DNA of 64,000 nt, taken from Camelus ferus (taxonomy: Eukaryota). Under the pieces are notes generated by a model. That model did no database searches. It was not told where the DNA came from and worked only from the letters and a program-made list of their open reading frames with translations. Position 1 is the first letter of the stretch, and each line of letters begins with the position of its first letter. The stretch lies in the NCBI RefSeq assembly GCF_009834535.1, contig NC_045698.1:13704001-13768000 (forward strand). The letters run 5' to 3'. Made by a program: the position numbers and the translations under genes. Positions 1 through 13,489 of this stretch are shown here, in pieces.

Positions 1-69
1 TATCAATAGTGCTTTATTAATGGTTTATTAAGAATCACCCTACTAAGGTAAGGTGTTAATAACAGAGAA

Positions 70-185
70 AACTATTTTCAGGAGGAGGTAAAAATGTATA
101 CGAATTCTCTGTACTGTCTGCTCAACTTTTCTGTAAATCAACAACTGTTCTAAAAAATGTAGTTTATTAGTAAAAAATATTAAAT
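70..185 (+). mobile_element. Ancient L1 (L1MC/L1MD-like) 3' terminus
   Basis: gtatacgaattctctgtactgtctgctcaactttttctgtaaat...aactgttctaaaaaatgtagtttatt resembles the L1MC/MD 3' end and is followed by an A-rich tail. Confidence 0.65.
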
Positions 186-289
186 TGATTGTACTCAAAA
201 ATAAAAAGATAAATAAAATTAAAATTTTAAATGCTAATGTATTTGTATATATATTTCTCTAAAGCTGTACAAAAGGTTAATAACACGTG

Positions 290-1490
290 AAATCATACCC
301 AACATTAGTTAGGATGATCAAATTAAAATTCACAATGGTGTACCACTTTGCATTTACCAGCATGAGTATAATAAGTGAAATAATGGGACAGTCACTTTTA
401 GGAGTCACTGACTGAATCAGGGATATCCAGATATTTGGTTAAACCTTATTTCTGGGTGTGTCTATTAAGATATTTCCAGATGAGATTAGCATTTAAATCA
501 ATGGATTCATTAAAATAGATCACACTCCCCAGTGTGAGTGTCTATAATCCAATCCACTGAGGTCCTGAATGGATCAAAAGGCAGAAGAAGCTGGAAGTTG
601 CCTCTTTTTTCCTGTCTCCCTGCTGAACTGAGCATCACATCTCATCTTCCCTGGCCTTTGGACTTGGATTTGCAGCATGAGCTCCCCTGGTTCTCAGGTC
701 TTAGGAATTACGCCACAGGATTTTCCTGCGACTCCAGCTTGGATGGGATTGTTCAGCACCCATAGTTGTGCGAAGCCAATTCCTCATTACATATCTCCTT
801 TTATATCCCTTGGTTCTCTTTTTCTAGAGAACCCTAAAAGAGACAGTAACATGTTGACTTGAATGTGGAGAAACTGGAACTCACATACATTACATGTGGA
901 AAAGTAAATCGATCAGCTACTTTGGAAAACTGTATGGCAGTTTCAAAATAGAGTTGCCACATAGTCTGGCAATTCCGATCCTAAACTTCTGCCCAAGAGA
1001 CAAGAAAACACATGTCCATAAAAGGACGTGTATATAAGTGTTTACAGCAGCATTATTTCTAATAGCTAAAAATTGGAAATAATTCAAATGTCCATTTACT
1101 GATGAATTCATAAACAAAATGATAAATATCTATGCACTGGAATATTATTTAGCAATAGGAAGAATGCAGTATTGATACACACTACAGTAAGGATGAACAT
1201 GATGTTAAGGGAAAGAAGCTAGTCACAAAAGATGACACTGCAAGATTCTCTCTTAATGTAAAATATTCAAAATAAGAAAATCCATTGGGAAAGAAATTAG
1301 TGGTTGCCTATGGCTAATGAAAGCTAAAGCATGGGGGTTGGACACTGACATGTATAGGGAAGTATTGCTAAATTATGATCATGGTTGCATCATTCTGCAA
1401 ACATTCCTAAAATCATTGAACTGTGCATCTCAGTAGGTAAACTTTATCCTATGTAAATTTTATATCAATGAAGATGTCACAACAAAGTAA
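290..1490 (+). mobile_element. Ancient L1 (L1MB/L1ME-like) ORF2 end plus 3'UTR, interrupted by an MLT2 LTR
   Basis: Typical L1 3' motifs: gaatgtggagaaactggaactc, actttggaaaactgtatggcagtttc, aatgtccatttactgatgaa, ggaatattatttagcaata, tatgtaaattttatatcaat. Confidence 0.85.
384..845 (+). mobile_element. MLT2 (ERVL) solo LTR
   Basis: Starts tgggacagtcacttttaggagtca (cf. MLT2 tgtgatggttaattttatgtgtca); contains tttctgggtgtgtct, gatgagattagcattt and atccaatccactgagg; ends gagaaccctaaaagagaca. Confidence 0.85.
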
Positions 1491-4108
1491 TTGTAAATGT
1501 TTTCTTTTGAATCTAAATCTGGCTGGAACTAGTGAATACCTTCAGATCAATAAACAGTCACAAATTGTCACTTTCTCTGTTTCCCCAAGAATTTATGAGG
1601 ACAAACTTTTGCAGAAATTGTGTCTAACTTTTCTGATGGTATGTGTTGCCCAGAATCCTCTCTCAGCATGTCCCTTCACACTAATTAAGTGTCTCAATGA
1701 TTCAAGAGAGTTTCTTCAAGACTCACTTCAGAGACATGAAGCTTCCCAAGCAATCACCAGAGATTTCCTTTTTTTCTCTCTTAGAAAGAGAAACATAGAC
1801 AAAAACAAATAAACTCCAACAATGTTAAATATTATGCTCAAGTAAATAATTGTCACACCCTGCCATCCATCTTCTTGAACATTATTGCAACAGATGGAAC
1901 ATTCAAAACTTGCTGAGTTCCCTTGAGAATCTTCTGTTCAACAATTTTGTGTAGTGTGATTGCTGGAGAACAGTTGCCCTGTCTGGAAGGATGGAGTGAA
2001 TCCCTGACTTTACGTCCTTATTGTTAACTGTATCTCCTCAAAGACTAAATATAAAAACATCCACTGCTTCCCAAGGGAAAAGAGATGTACCTATAAGGAG
2101 CACAATCTTTTCCACTTTCCAAATCAAAGTTGAGATAGATGCCAGGGTGTAGAACATAAAGAGCCAATCTTAAGAAAAAACCCAGAAAACTAATTGCAAA
2201 AGCAACTGTATATTTAAAATAAAAAAAGAAATCAAAACATATCAAAATTTTTAAAGACTTACAAATTAAAGGATAGGGGAAAATAGCATATTTTATTAAT
2301 TAACTGCCTGACACGCCTGTGTATTACTTTTTCTATAGTATTTTTGGCTACATACTCTGATCAACCTCTAATATGAAAATGTTTCATAGTATTTTATTTA
2401 GAAGAGAAATATATTTCAGCCTTTTCTTTAGTATAGCTGATATATCTTTATTTTTACTACTGATTATTTAGTAAAGTAGCTTTGGGCTTCATAATAAACA
2501 TAAAATGTTATACAACTTTACAGAATTGTTAAATTTGAGGAAATTCCTGTAAACATTTCTGTTATATAAAATGTAAGATTTCAAGACATTTCAAAATTTC
2601 TTCTTCAGTGACTAAACTTCAGTATTCACTCATTAACTACTATTTTGTCTTTAATATTTTTATGGAAATGAAATTTTATTACTTTCATGTTACTTCTATT
2701 GGTGTTGGTTTTTTTATGTCAAGAGAAGAGTTTATTTAAATTTTTGATGTATGCCCTTATAACTAATTCCTTTATATAAATGGGATTCACAAAATCCAGA
2801 CCTTATTCAATAATGATTTTTGAAACTTATCTCTTCTTAATGAATTATTATATTTAATATTATCTGAATTTTTGTTACAATTTACTTCTTAATATCAAAA
2901 TATTTTACTGATTACATCAATTATGCTTATCATTAATGCTTCACATTTCGCTTACTTGTAATCTAAATTTTTTCTCAGTTCTTCAATAAACAAATAGCAA
3001 TCCAACAAAAAGGACACCTTTCATAAGTGTCCAAATCAGCATCTATTATTTTTCATGTGTTTCATGAAAACATTCCAAAATGGCTTTTAGAATTGCAATT
3101 GCATGACATATTGAGCCATTTCAAATTTTAAAATAAACTTTAGCATTTTATTTGTGTTTGGGTGTCACTTCTCAGATTTTGAAAATATGTTTTAGAGTGC
3201 TTAAAATAATTTTTATTTTTAAATTTTTTTTGGTGAATAGAATGGTAAAAATGTTTTATTCCCATATTGCTAAGCTAGAACAGCTTTATAGTGAGCAGGT
3301 AATCTTATTACACTTAAAAAAGATACCTATTGGCAGCTGGATGAACTTGAAATAAGAATACATAAAAAATTGCAAGGTGGCAAGAACCAACACATTTAGA
3401 TACTGTGAAGGCAGTTTTTTCTCTGATTAGATTAAGCAAATGAGTGGTATAAGCACACATTATACATATCCTGGGTTTCAAAAATTTGTATGAGTCCGAA
3501 GTCCAGGGCCATTGAAGTGCTTCTGGAAGATATTCCAACATTAGGAAAGTTGGCAATAACTTAAAAATATATGGAAGTTACTCTGAACATGTGTGTGTCA
3601 GTCTAACTCCTAGCTAACTGTGCCCCAAAACATTTTCCCATAGCTGGATCCCCAAAATAACTATAGCTGCTTCAAAATCACTCACAAGAGAGGAAGGTGC
3701 AGAGCAGAGGCTAAAGTTGAAAGAGGCAGCATTCTTAAACAATTATGGTTAAAATATATGTTTTTGCATATTTTGTAAAAATGCTCATTTGTAAACTTAT
3801 TATTAGGATCCCTTAGCCTCAGATTGAATGAGCTTCAGGTGGTAAAAAATCAAGGACAATAAGATATAGAAAAAAGGGAGAAACCTTATGAGACTGAAAT
3901 GAATGTGACCAAAAATAAATATATTTAGATAATAGTTTGAGTAGAGAGTAAACCTCATTGCAGTAACCCTTGAATAGTCTCTAGGATTCTTTGTATCCTA
4001 AAAATTTTTTTACTACATTTAGAAAGTTCCACATAAGGAATCTAGAGAAGCAGTTTGCACCTGACTTTAGGAGCCAAGAGTATGTGTATTAGAATTCTAT
4101 TATTGCTC

Positions 4109-4260
4109 TGTGTTAGTTTCTTAAAGCTGCATAACAAATTACTAAAAACTTAGTGCCCTGAAACAACATACATTTATTACCTCACAGTACATGTGGGTAA
4201 GAAATTCAGAAACAGCTTAGTTGGTTTTTTGCTTAAGGTCACATGTGGTTGCAATAAGGA
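4109..4260 (-). mobile_element. MLT1 (MaLR) LTR fragment
   Basis: tgtgttagtttcttaaagctgcataacaaattac...cttagtg...aaacaacatacatttattacctcacagt is the reverse complement of an MLT1 3' end. Confidence 0.75.
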
Positions 4261-4345
4261 AATTAATTACAAAATTATCTCAGTGGTACACGTTATAGAG
4301 ATCATCACATGAGAGAAAATTAAAGGGCAATTAAATATCCTTGCA

Positions 4346-4556
4346 GTTACTAACTACTCTATATAAACTAGATAAACAGCAAGATCCAACTCTCTAGCAC
4401 AAAGAACTATATTCAATACATTGTAATAGCCTATAATGAAAAAGAATATGAAAAGGAATATATACAGTTGTATAACTGAATCACTATGCTGTATACCAGA
4501 AAGTAACACAACATTGTAAACTGACTATACTTCAATAAAAAAAATTAAAAAATAAA
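4346..4556 (+). mobile_element. 5'-truncated cetartiodactyl-type L1 3' end with TSD
   Basis: tagcacaaagaactatattcaata...ataactgaatcactatgctgtataccagaaagtaacacaacattgtaaactgactatacttcaataaaa plus A tail; TSD taaatatccttgca (4332-4345) / taaatatccttgta (4557-4570). Confidence 0.92.
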
Positions 4557-4970
4557 TAAATATCCTTGTACAAATTAAGTTTTTAAAATTAAATTTTCTT
4601 TGTTAAATGTCTCTAGCAAATATATATTTTCCATTATAGACTTTTCTGCTTTTCTTTAAAATATGTAATTTCTCTATCTGTTAATAGAAGCAGTGATAAA
4701 CTTGTGGAAAAGATGACTGGATATTTTATTTCCCTGGTTAAGTTCATTGCATGATGTCATTAAGAAAATTGTAAGTAAATTGTGTTTGTGCTGGACCCTA
4801 AAATAAGAAAAAAAAAGCACTGTTATTTAATCAAAATTATTTTTTTCTGATAATATGACCAGTTTCACATTTGTATGAGGTCGTAATTTTTACTAGTCTA
4901 TAGTTGTGGACTAGAACTCATTTTTAATACTGCAATTTACTTGAAAGTATACATCACAGACAGGAGAAAA

Positions 4971-5002
4971 CACACATACACACACACACACACACAACAC
5001 AC
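4971..5002. repeat. Imperfect (CA)n microsatellite
   Basis: cacacatacacacacacacacacacaacacac. Confidence 0.9.
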
Positions 5003-5127
5003 CCCGCAGAAGTTGTAAGTGTGCCGATGCACAAAAAATTAAAATGTCACTTACCCAGTGTTAATACATGTTTCCAATTATATTCAATGGAGATAAATTT
5101 ACTGATTTTCAAGGTAACTGGTTAGAC

Positions 5128-5300
5128 TGCTACAGTTTTATAAATGCTGGCAGAAGATTCCAGACCCCTGGGTCCAGACAAAGGACTTTATTATTACACT
5201 AGAGCAGGCACTATGAGCTTCACATTCCCATTGCTCTTCATGCGCCAGAAACCCCAGGGAGGCAGTACAGGTGGGCCGTGCACTGTGCCGTGAACTTTCC
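5128..5300 (-). mobile_element. ERVL-type LTR fragment (subfamily uncertain)
   Basis: tgctacagttttt...gctggcagaaga...ctgggtccagacaaaggactttatt reads as an antisense LTR U5/polyA end (tttatt = AATAAA on minus). Confidence 0.5.
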
Positions 5301-5302
5301 AT

Positions 5303-5495
5303 CAATTATTTTCTTTAATCCTCACCCCATTCTGACATAGATGTTCCAATATTGTCACCATTTTATAGGTGAAGAAACTAAATCCGTGGAGACTAATTGA
5401 TGGGTGCAAAGTCCCATGGTCCATAAGGGATGGAGCCAGATTTTGATCCCAGTCCATCTGACTTGATAATCTGTGTTTTTAACAGCTATGCTATT
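5303..5495 (-). mobile_element. MIR SINE
   Basis: tttaatcctcac...ccattttataggtgaagaaactaa...ggagccagattttgatcccagtccatctgact, i.e. the MIR core in antisense. Confidence 0.8.
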
Positions 5496-6861
5496 TGTGA
5501 TCTATATATGGTCTGAGTATCAGCAGGTTACCTTTGTTACTCAGCCATGTATTTAATTTGAAATGGAGAATTACCAGGGAGAAGCACTAACAATTTTAGT
5601 ATACAATCACTGAATGATGGGAAAATTCTTGGCCATTTAAATTTGTTCAGTTTGCACAAAACAGTGACAAAGATGACCTCAATCATGGATAGTGATGAGC
5701 CAAAAGGAACTGGAATGACTAAGTTGTTTTGATTCCTACAGTTTCCTCAGGTTCTGAAATACAGATCTCTGTACTTAGGTTTACCAGCTGAACCACTATT
5801 TTGATAGTGAATGTAGACAATTTAGCCAGTGATGAATGGATAAATTCTACCCGTGGGAAAGATAAAGAGTGAAATTCTCTTGAAATCACACATCAGATTC
5901 CTGCCCTCTCTATTATGCTGATTTATACCTTAACCTGCTAGATGAGATCATAAGATGTGAACTTACAAAACTGAGTCAGCTAAAGGAGAATTTTATGTAT
6001 ATATCTCCTTGCTCATTAGGGATGTGTCTAGAAGAGTTAGTCTTTCATTCAGCCTTACAGTTGGGAAAAAAAATCACAACAGATTTTTGTGGGCTAATAC
6101 TCTATGATAAGATACCAACATAGACATCAGTGGGGAAAAAAATACAAGAAACAAAAACACACAGATCACTAGTCCTTTGATATCCACATCTCGACATCTG
6201 TGTAGCTACTTAGACTGAAAACTTAAATTAAAGTACATTATTCTGATGTAAGAGAGACTTGAAATCACTAAGTCTAACCCCAAAGCAGGTACATTCACTG
6301 GGACTGGCCTCACTTTCTCGGAGACACCCCTATTCACAGAAACACATCTGTAGCCAAAAGAGGACCAGAACGAACATGGCTGTGGTACAGCTTTCACTCG
6401 GTCTTATCAAAGACCCTTCTGTTCCCTCGGATCAGACACCCACTTTTAACATTCCCCTCAATAATCCACAACCTAGGACAACCTGTACCACTTTCTTTTC
6501 CCCATGATTTTTATCAGGTATAAATGCAGCATTTAAAAGTGATCCAATGCTGTCTAGCATTTGAAAAAAGTCTCATCGGAGGCAGGGATGGAACTTGCAA
6601 TACATAAAGGTGATGATGACAGGGTCTCCACACTGAAGGTGATCATGGTCTTGGATGGAAAAGTAACTCAGCAATTACACTGTCGCATAGTAAGTGCTAT
6701 ATTAATGCTCTGCCTAGGACTGAGGGAAAATATGTGGAAGATTTCCCAGGAGAGAGAATACTTAAGCTGCATTTAGGAGGTGGTATTCTGTTATCCATAC
6801 AGACTTGGGGAAACTCATTTTCTTAAAAGGCACTAGTCTATGTAAGATATGAATGCATGAT

Positions 6862-6980
6862 CCTAGAATGTAAGTTTTATAACATACTAGAGATATTTTT
6901 AATTTACTAAATGATCTCAGGCAGAGAGAATTGCCTGACATGAAGCAGGCATTTGATTAATATTTGTTGAATGAATGACA
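6862..6980 (+). mobile_element. L2 3' terminus
   Basis: ctagaatgtaagtt...tgcctgacatgaagcaggcatttgattaatatttgttgaatgaatga. Confidence 0.7.
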
Positions 6981-7639
6981 GAATGTGGTGGATTTTAGCA
7001 ACTGCAGTCCATTTGGTACCGCTGAAGAAGAGATGCCTGGGGTAAGAGCTGGCTCTGCTGTGTTTAGGCAGTAGTACGATGACAGAAGGCGGGGGTGATG
7101 GTGTGTAGAAGGGGCCAGGTAAATATCCAGGGTGTGTTTCCTTACTGGTTGCCTCTCTCTAAAATGGCAAATAAGCGTGTCTGTAGAGAGTAGAGGTGAA
7201 ATTTTAAAGATAAAGTGATTAAGACAAAAAACTTCCTCTGTCTCATTCCTCAGGTCTGGGAACTTTTCTCAGTCCTCAGTGCCTGGGAAAATTGTTCAAG
7301 TTTAGAGGAGTCTATTAAGAAACCATACTATTTCCATAATTGTAATTCTTTTATTTTGTCTGCCTTATCTTTGTTGGGATTGCAGAGAAACAATGGAGCT
7401 GTAGGGTTCTTCATTATTTAAGTACGTAATTTCCCCTCTAATTTAAACAATGAAGGGTCCAATGTGCCAGAGTAAGCTATGTGAACTTCATTCTTAAATT
7501 GATGATGAGGCACAGAATGATGCAAGGCAGAGGGTTGGTATATTAAATTTTATGTTCAAGGACAGCAAATGTAACTATGGAACAAAGGCAAATTTGAGAG
7601 GAATCCACACAGAAGATATAGAGTAATGCTCACATGCAT

Positions 7640-9250
7640 TTTTCAGCTCATTCTTGAACACAGGGGTGTTGAACACCAATCATTTGTGATAATCTGTGCT
7701 AGCCACAGAGATATAGGTGAGAACAAGGCAAACCCGTGCTCTGTCCTTATGAGGTTCTATATTCTAGAAAGAAAGAACAATACCAAACTAATGAAATTAA
7801 GTCCCAAGCAAAGGGGCACACACAGGCAAAGTTCATAAGAAGAAATATGAACAGCAATGACTGAGTTAGAGTTTGAGGAGGGGAAATAGTGAGAAGTGAG
7901 ACTGGAGATATACGCTGGGAAGAATGTAGTTTTTTTTCTGAAATCCAAGAAATACTATTAAAGGAAAGATAAATTAAAAGAGGGAGAAGTGAATGTAGAA
8001 CAAGTTGTTAGAAGTGTGGACTATGTTGGACGATGACTGTGAGAAGCACTAGAAAAGAAGATGGTGAAGAATTTTTCGATATTTTGGTGTTAGATCAACA
8101 GGAATGGAAATTGATGTTTGACATGTGAGAAAAAAATTGTTTTCAATTTTAATTTTTAAAACAACTCGTGTTTGTCTCTAGAAGGTAGCTCTGGGCTGGC
8201 CTTTTCACTCTTCATAACTGGGGATAGTATACAGCCTATTCTGTCAGAAAATATTACAGACCTATTTATCATGGAAATACATTATACTAATATTAATATT
8301 ATATATATATAATCTTTGTATTTAAGTTATTTTGTATGTGTGTATAATCACAAGTAGAGACAAATAGACAAATCTTAAGAATTTGACTCAAGTTATTATA
8401 CAGACATACAAGTTAAAATCTTCACTACAGTCAACAGGCTGGAGATTAAGGTAGGAATTGATGTAGCCTTAAATTGGAAGGCTGGAAACTCATACAGAAT
8501 TACTATGTTGCAGTCCAGACACAAAATTCCATTTTCTTTGAGAAATCTTCTTTGGTTTGGATGGTGCCCACACATGTTATGGAGAGTAATTAGCTTTACT
8601 CAGAGTCAACTGATTGTCAATGCTATGTATATCTACACAATACCTTTATACCAACATCTAGACTAGTGTTTGCCAAAAGAAAAAAAAAAAAAAAAAAGCA
8701 GGCACCATATTCTAGCCAAGCTGACATTAAAATTAAGTGTGGAATAATCCTGAGAGGTCAGGCAAGTCAAGTACTAGAAGGCATCCTTTGAATTTATTTG
8801 TGTTACTGAACACGAAGTAAGAGCTTAGAGAAAAAGGATGAAAAGCCTGTTACAAGACACCAGCCATGGAGACGGACAGATGTGAGAGAGCTTATTTGAT
8901 AGCATCTACGGGACTTTAAAGATTGACTGAGGTTATTGATGGAGAAGAAACATCAAGGATAGTCTCTGGAATTAGCCCCGGTGATGGAGGTGAATGCCAT
9001 TCACTGAGCATCAAATGCAGGAATTGGGCAGATATGGGAAGATAGGGGTCCAATTATGTGTTCGATTTGAAATGTATCCAATTGCACCTACTTGTTGGAG
9101 ACATAGTAGAGGCCAACCAGCTTAGGGAATAAATGAGTTTAGACAGAGATATTTGTTGGAGTGAAAAAGAGAAAAGGAGAAAGCTGTTTTCTGGGAATGA
9201 CAGATATTAAACAATGGGTAAAGAAAAGGATTAAGGGAAGTGGCGATGAG
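7640..9250 (-). mobile_element. Fragmented L2, split by an MLT2 LTR
   Basis: Antisense L2 3' end (tgtgctagccacagagatataggtgagaacaaggcaaac...tgtccttatgaggttctatattctag) and purine-rich L2 body (gaatgccattcactgag, ttcgatttgaaatgtatc). Confidence 0.6.
8225..8742 (-). mobile_element. MLT2 (ERVL) LTR
   Basis: gcccacacatgttatggagagtaattagctttactcagagtcaactgatt...aacatctagactagtgtttg...ggcaccatattctagccaagctgacattaaaattaa is the reverse complement of the MLT2 5' end. Confidence 0.85.
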
Positions 9251-9274
9251 GAGATGAAAATCTCTTTTATTTCC

Positions 9275-9470
9275 ACCTCTGGGTTGCCATACTGTGCTAG
9301 GACTTTACAGGTGCTGAACATTCTCACATCCACACTGTGGGGTAGATAAACATCTATATCAGTATATAAATTGAGCCTCTGAAAAAGTAAATGATTTGCT
9401 CAAATTCTGATTAAATTATAGAGATTAGAAACCAAATTTCCCTTGTTCCAGTTGCTAGATTCTAAAGAGT
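9275..9470 (-). mobile_element. Degraded MIR
   Basis: actgtgctaggactttaca...cactgtggggtagat...aagtaaatgatttgctcaa. Confidence 0.55.
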
Positions 9471-9492
9471 TCAACAAGTTCAAGAAACTACT

Positions 9493-10005
9493 TGTGGAAG
9501 GCAGAATAACACCTCACCCTCAGATGGCCACACTGTCATCCCTGGGACCCATGAATGTTACTTTAAATGACAAGATTAGCTTTGCCCAGAGAATTACATT
9601 TATTTTTAAAATAGAAGATTATCTTGGATTATTTGGATGAGTCCCATATGCATAATCTCGTGGGCTCATAAAAGTGGAAGAAGAACGGAGAAAGGTCAGT
9701 AAAAGAAACACAAAGATGGGAGAAGAGACAAGAAAGATTCGAAGCCTGTGAAGGATTCAACATAACATTGTGCATTTGAAGATGGGAAAAAGGGTCCACA
9801 AATGGAGGAATGAGGGTAGCTTCTGGAACTGTGAAGGGCTCTCATTTTACAGCCAGGAAATAAAATCTGAATAGAGCCTTCAACACAGCCCCACCATCAA
9901 CTAGATTTTAGCTGGATGATGCATCAGGGTTACGAGGTAATAAATATATTTTGTTTTAAGCTGCTAGGTAGTTATTTGTTATGGCAGCAATAAAAACCTA
10001 CTATA
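9493..10005 (+). mobile_element. MLT1D-like MaLR solo LTR
   Basis: tgtggaaggcagaataac...ggacccatgaatgttact...gattatcttggattat...ttgttttaagctgctag...tttgttatggcagcaataaaaac. Confidence 0.88.
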
Positions 10006-12940
10006 TTTAGTTTATTTTTATAAACAACGTGTTAGGCATATGATAGACTGAATGATCGACATAGGAAAAATATTAATTAAAACACAAATGCTAAAACACA
10101 AAATGCACATTTTGGCAATCATCCTGCTCCTATCTTGCTTGTACTATGTGTAATAGAAAAAAAATGCATGATAATACAAAATCCTCTGAGCATAATTTAT
10201 ATTCGATATTATTTTATAACAGAAATGTTATTGAATAAAAGAGATACATAATTTTATTTGTTCTAAAGTTTTTAAAAAAACAACCAGAACTAGAGACTTG
10301 CTAATCGGGATAGCACAATCATTTATGGTGTATAGTTTATCATGTCTAACAAGTTCTCACTAAAATGAAATAGTGCAGCCAATTCCATTTTCCAGCAGTA
10401 ATAAGTTTTTGTTTTAGCCCCAGGGTTCTCGGGCCAATTCACCCGAGTGTAGATTGAAATGAACTTCTGGTCCTCAAATTCTCAGACTTATGATACCCAA
10501 ACAATTTCCTATGTATAATCTGTTGGCCTTTTTCTCTTTTTTTCATTTTCTATCCTTTATATTATTTATATCATCCTTGTTCAAAATAGAGAATACTGGT
10601 GATTTTTATTAGAGAAATAAATCATTGCTTAGAAGAAGGTGGTGTAAGGATATTTAGCTCATTTTAGTTCATTTGTCTGGGATTATGCTGTGAAATTGAG
10701 CTGTGAGAAGACATTAGTTGAAGTTGGTCCTCATTGTAACATTAATAGGACAAGAAATGACACCGAACGTTAATATTTAAGGCTCAGTGTGTTTCCACTT
10801 TCAGCTATGAAGTCAACATGATTTAGCTTTCACTTTATTTTTAAAACCACTAAGAACTTCACAACATTTCAAAAGTGTCTTTCACTAGTTTGTGGAGACA
10901 ATGGACCCATTATTTCTATTCTTTACAAGTTCTATTTTCAATACTTTTCTTTTTTTATCTCATACTTTCAATGACTCATTCCTTCTAGGCAGAAAAAAAG
11001 CTATCAAAATAATGTCATCTTTTTTTTCCTGTTAGTTTGTACAAATCAAGATATGAGAACTTAATTTATTTTAAAAGGTAAATATGATCTGTCTCATTCA
11101 CTAACACAAAGTTAAATAAAATTCTGGCTTTCCAGAACAGGCATAGCAACTTCCTTTTCGTTTCTGTCCACAATCTCCCTAACTCTACCACACATAACCT
11201 TAATGGATCCTTTATTCAGAGCTGGTTTACATATAACTTAGTGAATTATCATTGACATATTAATCAGTTATGTTTTCTGGGGTTATAATAAAAACTGTAG
11301 GATATGATCTCTCTCAAAGAATTTGCCATCAAGAGCAAATGACAAGAGAAATATGTAAAGTATATTTGTAATCTTAAACGATTTATGGTCACAGATTTTA
11401 AATTCTGTTTTATTAGAGAGACCTTGTGTAGCTGAGAATTTATCATGGTTTTTAAACCTAAGCAAAGAAAATTAAATAAAGTGAATGAAGAAAACCACTG
11501 GGTTTTTATCAGCAAAATTACTGACTAGATCTAGCCCTAAGTTGACACTCTGATAACATATAAGTACACCTTTAGCGCAACATTTACCATTGGACATTGA
11601 ACGGTCCTGTGTCTGTCCCTCGCCTTTGGCTTCTCTCAGTCACGTTTGTTTTTCCCTCTCTGGATTCCTGGTGCTTAGTATAAAGCTTGCCTCATATTGT
11701 GTGCTCTCTCTCTATTTTTTGCAAAGCCTTATATTGACCCAGAGGTAGGTTAAACTGGAATTTGAACCACAGGTTTAACAGGCTTCTGGAGGTGCTCTGT
11801 GAGCCTGGAGATTGTAAGCAGTTGTCATACAATGTCACACACAGATCAGCGCAATGTCACTGTCTGGGATTCATACATCTCTTTAGGTCAAGTGCCTTTC
11901 AGGAATTGTGGAATTCAGATGACTGCACCAGGGATCTCTGGTTCAGTTCCGCATTTGTACAGAAGAAAATAAATTCCTTCACTCACTCTCTCTGTCCTAA
12001 ACCTAGATAGTCCCAGAACTTGGACCAGCCCTCTGGATCCACCTGTCCCCAGCAGCTCCTCTACCAGTGCAGGTGTTCTGTAGTCAACATACGGATGGAC
12101 GTTAGGAAGACAGGCACAAGAGCGGGGCAGCCATCTCTCTAGAACCACCTCTCCCTCTTCAATGTGTCAGTTCTTTCTAATTTTTGAAAATTATATCCCA
12201 CATTTCCTCCATCCAATTTTTGCAATTTGTAAAAATCTGACTGAACACATCTTGATTTAAAATGTCTGCTATTATTTGCCATGGACTTTGCCAACCTTAG
12301 ATATTACAGCGACATAGATAGGAGTGATTTGCCCAGTTACGACTAGGGAGGAAACTCTAAAGTCGAGTAAGTCATACTCTATAAACAACAGCATTGCACT
12401 CCAGGGGTTCACAGGAAGTTCAGAAAAAAAGGGAAGAAGAGGGCTGCTGTCAGTTGGCACTGTGTTCATGGAAGAGATGATAAAGTCCTTCATGACTTCC
12501 GGAAACTCATGCTCTCCCACCATGAATCCTGAACTCCTGAAATTCTACATTCTACTACTATTTTTTCACCTACCTTAAATCAGTTTTGAAACTCTTCCCT
12601 CCTGTCTGACGATCCAACATATCACCACCAGCTGCCATGCAAAGTCCCCCTCAGCTTCAATGCCTCTTGCAAGTTAAGCTACCCGACCAGATGTATCTGA
12701 GCCTCAAGGTAGGCAAAAGGAAAATTAAGACATTGAAGAGGTCCAAGTGGGAGAGGAATCATAAATGGATCTCTCAGAAGGTAATATTAGCTCCTGGGGA
12801 AATAGAGCAAGATTGAAAAAAAATTTAATTAAAATAATAGGAGCTTTCTGAGAGCTTTGGAAATCCATTTCCTAAGGATTATTCTGTTTTCAGTGAAGTG
12901 GAAGAGGGTATGAGTATAAAATATAATTAGTGATCTTGAT

Positions 12941-13159
12941 CAGGGATTGAAAATTTCTCAGCAAAGAGCTGAATAGTAAAAATTTCAACCTTTGCTGGTC
13001 ATAAGATCTCTGTCATGACTATCCAACTCTAAGGAAAACAGTAGACAATACAAACATAGATAATACAGAAATAAATAAACATCACTTTGTTCTAATAAAC
13101 TTTATTTACACAGTCAGGGGTCCACATTTGATCCCTGAGCTGTAGATTATCAAAGCCTG
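12941..13159 (+). mobile_element. MER58A hAT-Charlie MITE
   Basis: Colinear with MER58A from caggg... to ...cctg (aatagtaaaaattt, tctctgtc, agacaatac, tgttctaataaactttatttaca); degraded 8-bp flanks atcttgat/cactggat. Confidence 0.85.
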
Positions 13160-13489
13160 CACTGGATAAACAAGGAATAAACATGTCAAAGCAATGAAAA
13201 TCCTGAAGGAAAACAAAACATCAGAGGCTTGTAGACCAGAATTAGGAAACCTTAACAAAAAGCACTCCAGAGAATGGAGTAAAAGCCAGCCCTAAAATTA
13301 GAGTGAAATATTTCTGTCTTATAAATAGGCCTATATATGCGGATTAATTTTGTTAGTAACAATGGAAATTTGAAAGGTACAGGACTTCTTAAACTAATTG
13401 ATGAGGAGAATAAAGATTTAAATGCCAAGAATCCTGTGCCCAGCTGGCAATCCTTTGATTTTTTTTTTCAGCAGAGTCTGGGACATAGA

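Noticed and set aside
917..1117. ORF MFMNSSVNGHLNYFQFLAI..., and the similar ORF at 34108-34308
   Set aside because: These are the familiar antisense translation of the L1 ORF2/3'UTR end. Their mutual similarity reflects shared L1 ancestry, not a gene family.
8675..8697. Long polyA runs (also ~29660 and ~31120) as retrocopy tails
   Set aside because: They lie within LTR-element sequence with no upstream mRNA-like body or TSD, and are best explained as slippage expansions.
10428..10447. Inverted repeat ctcggg-N8-cccgag
   Set aside because: A 6-bp stem is expected by chance in 64 kb, and there is no extended hairpin or RNA-gene signature.
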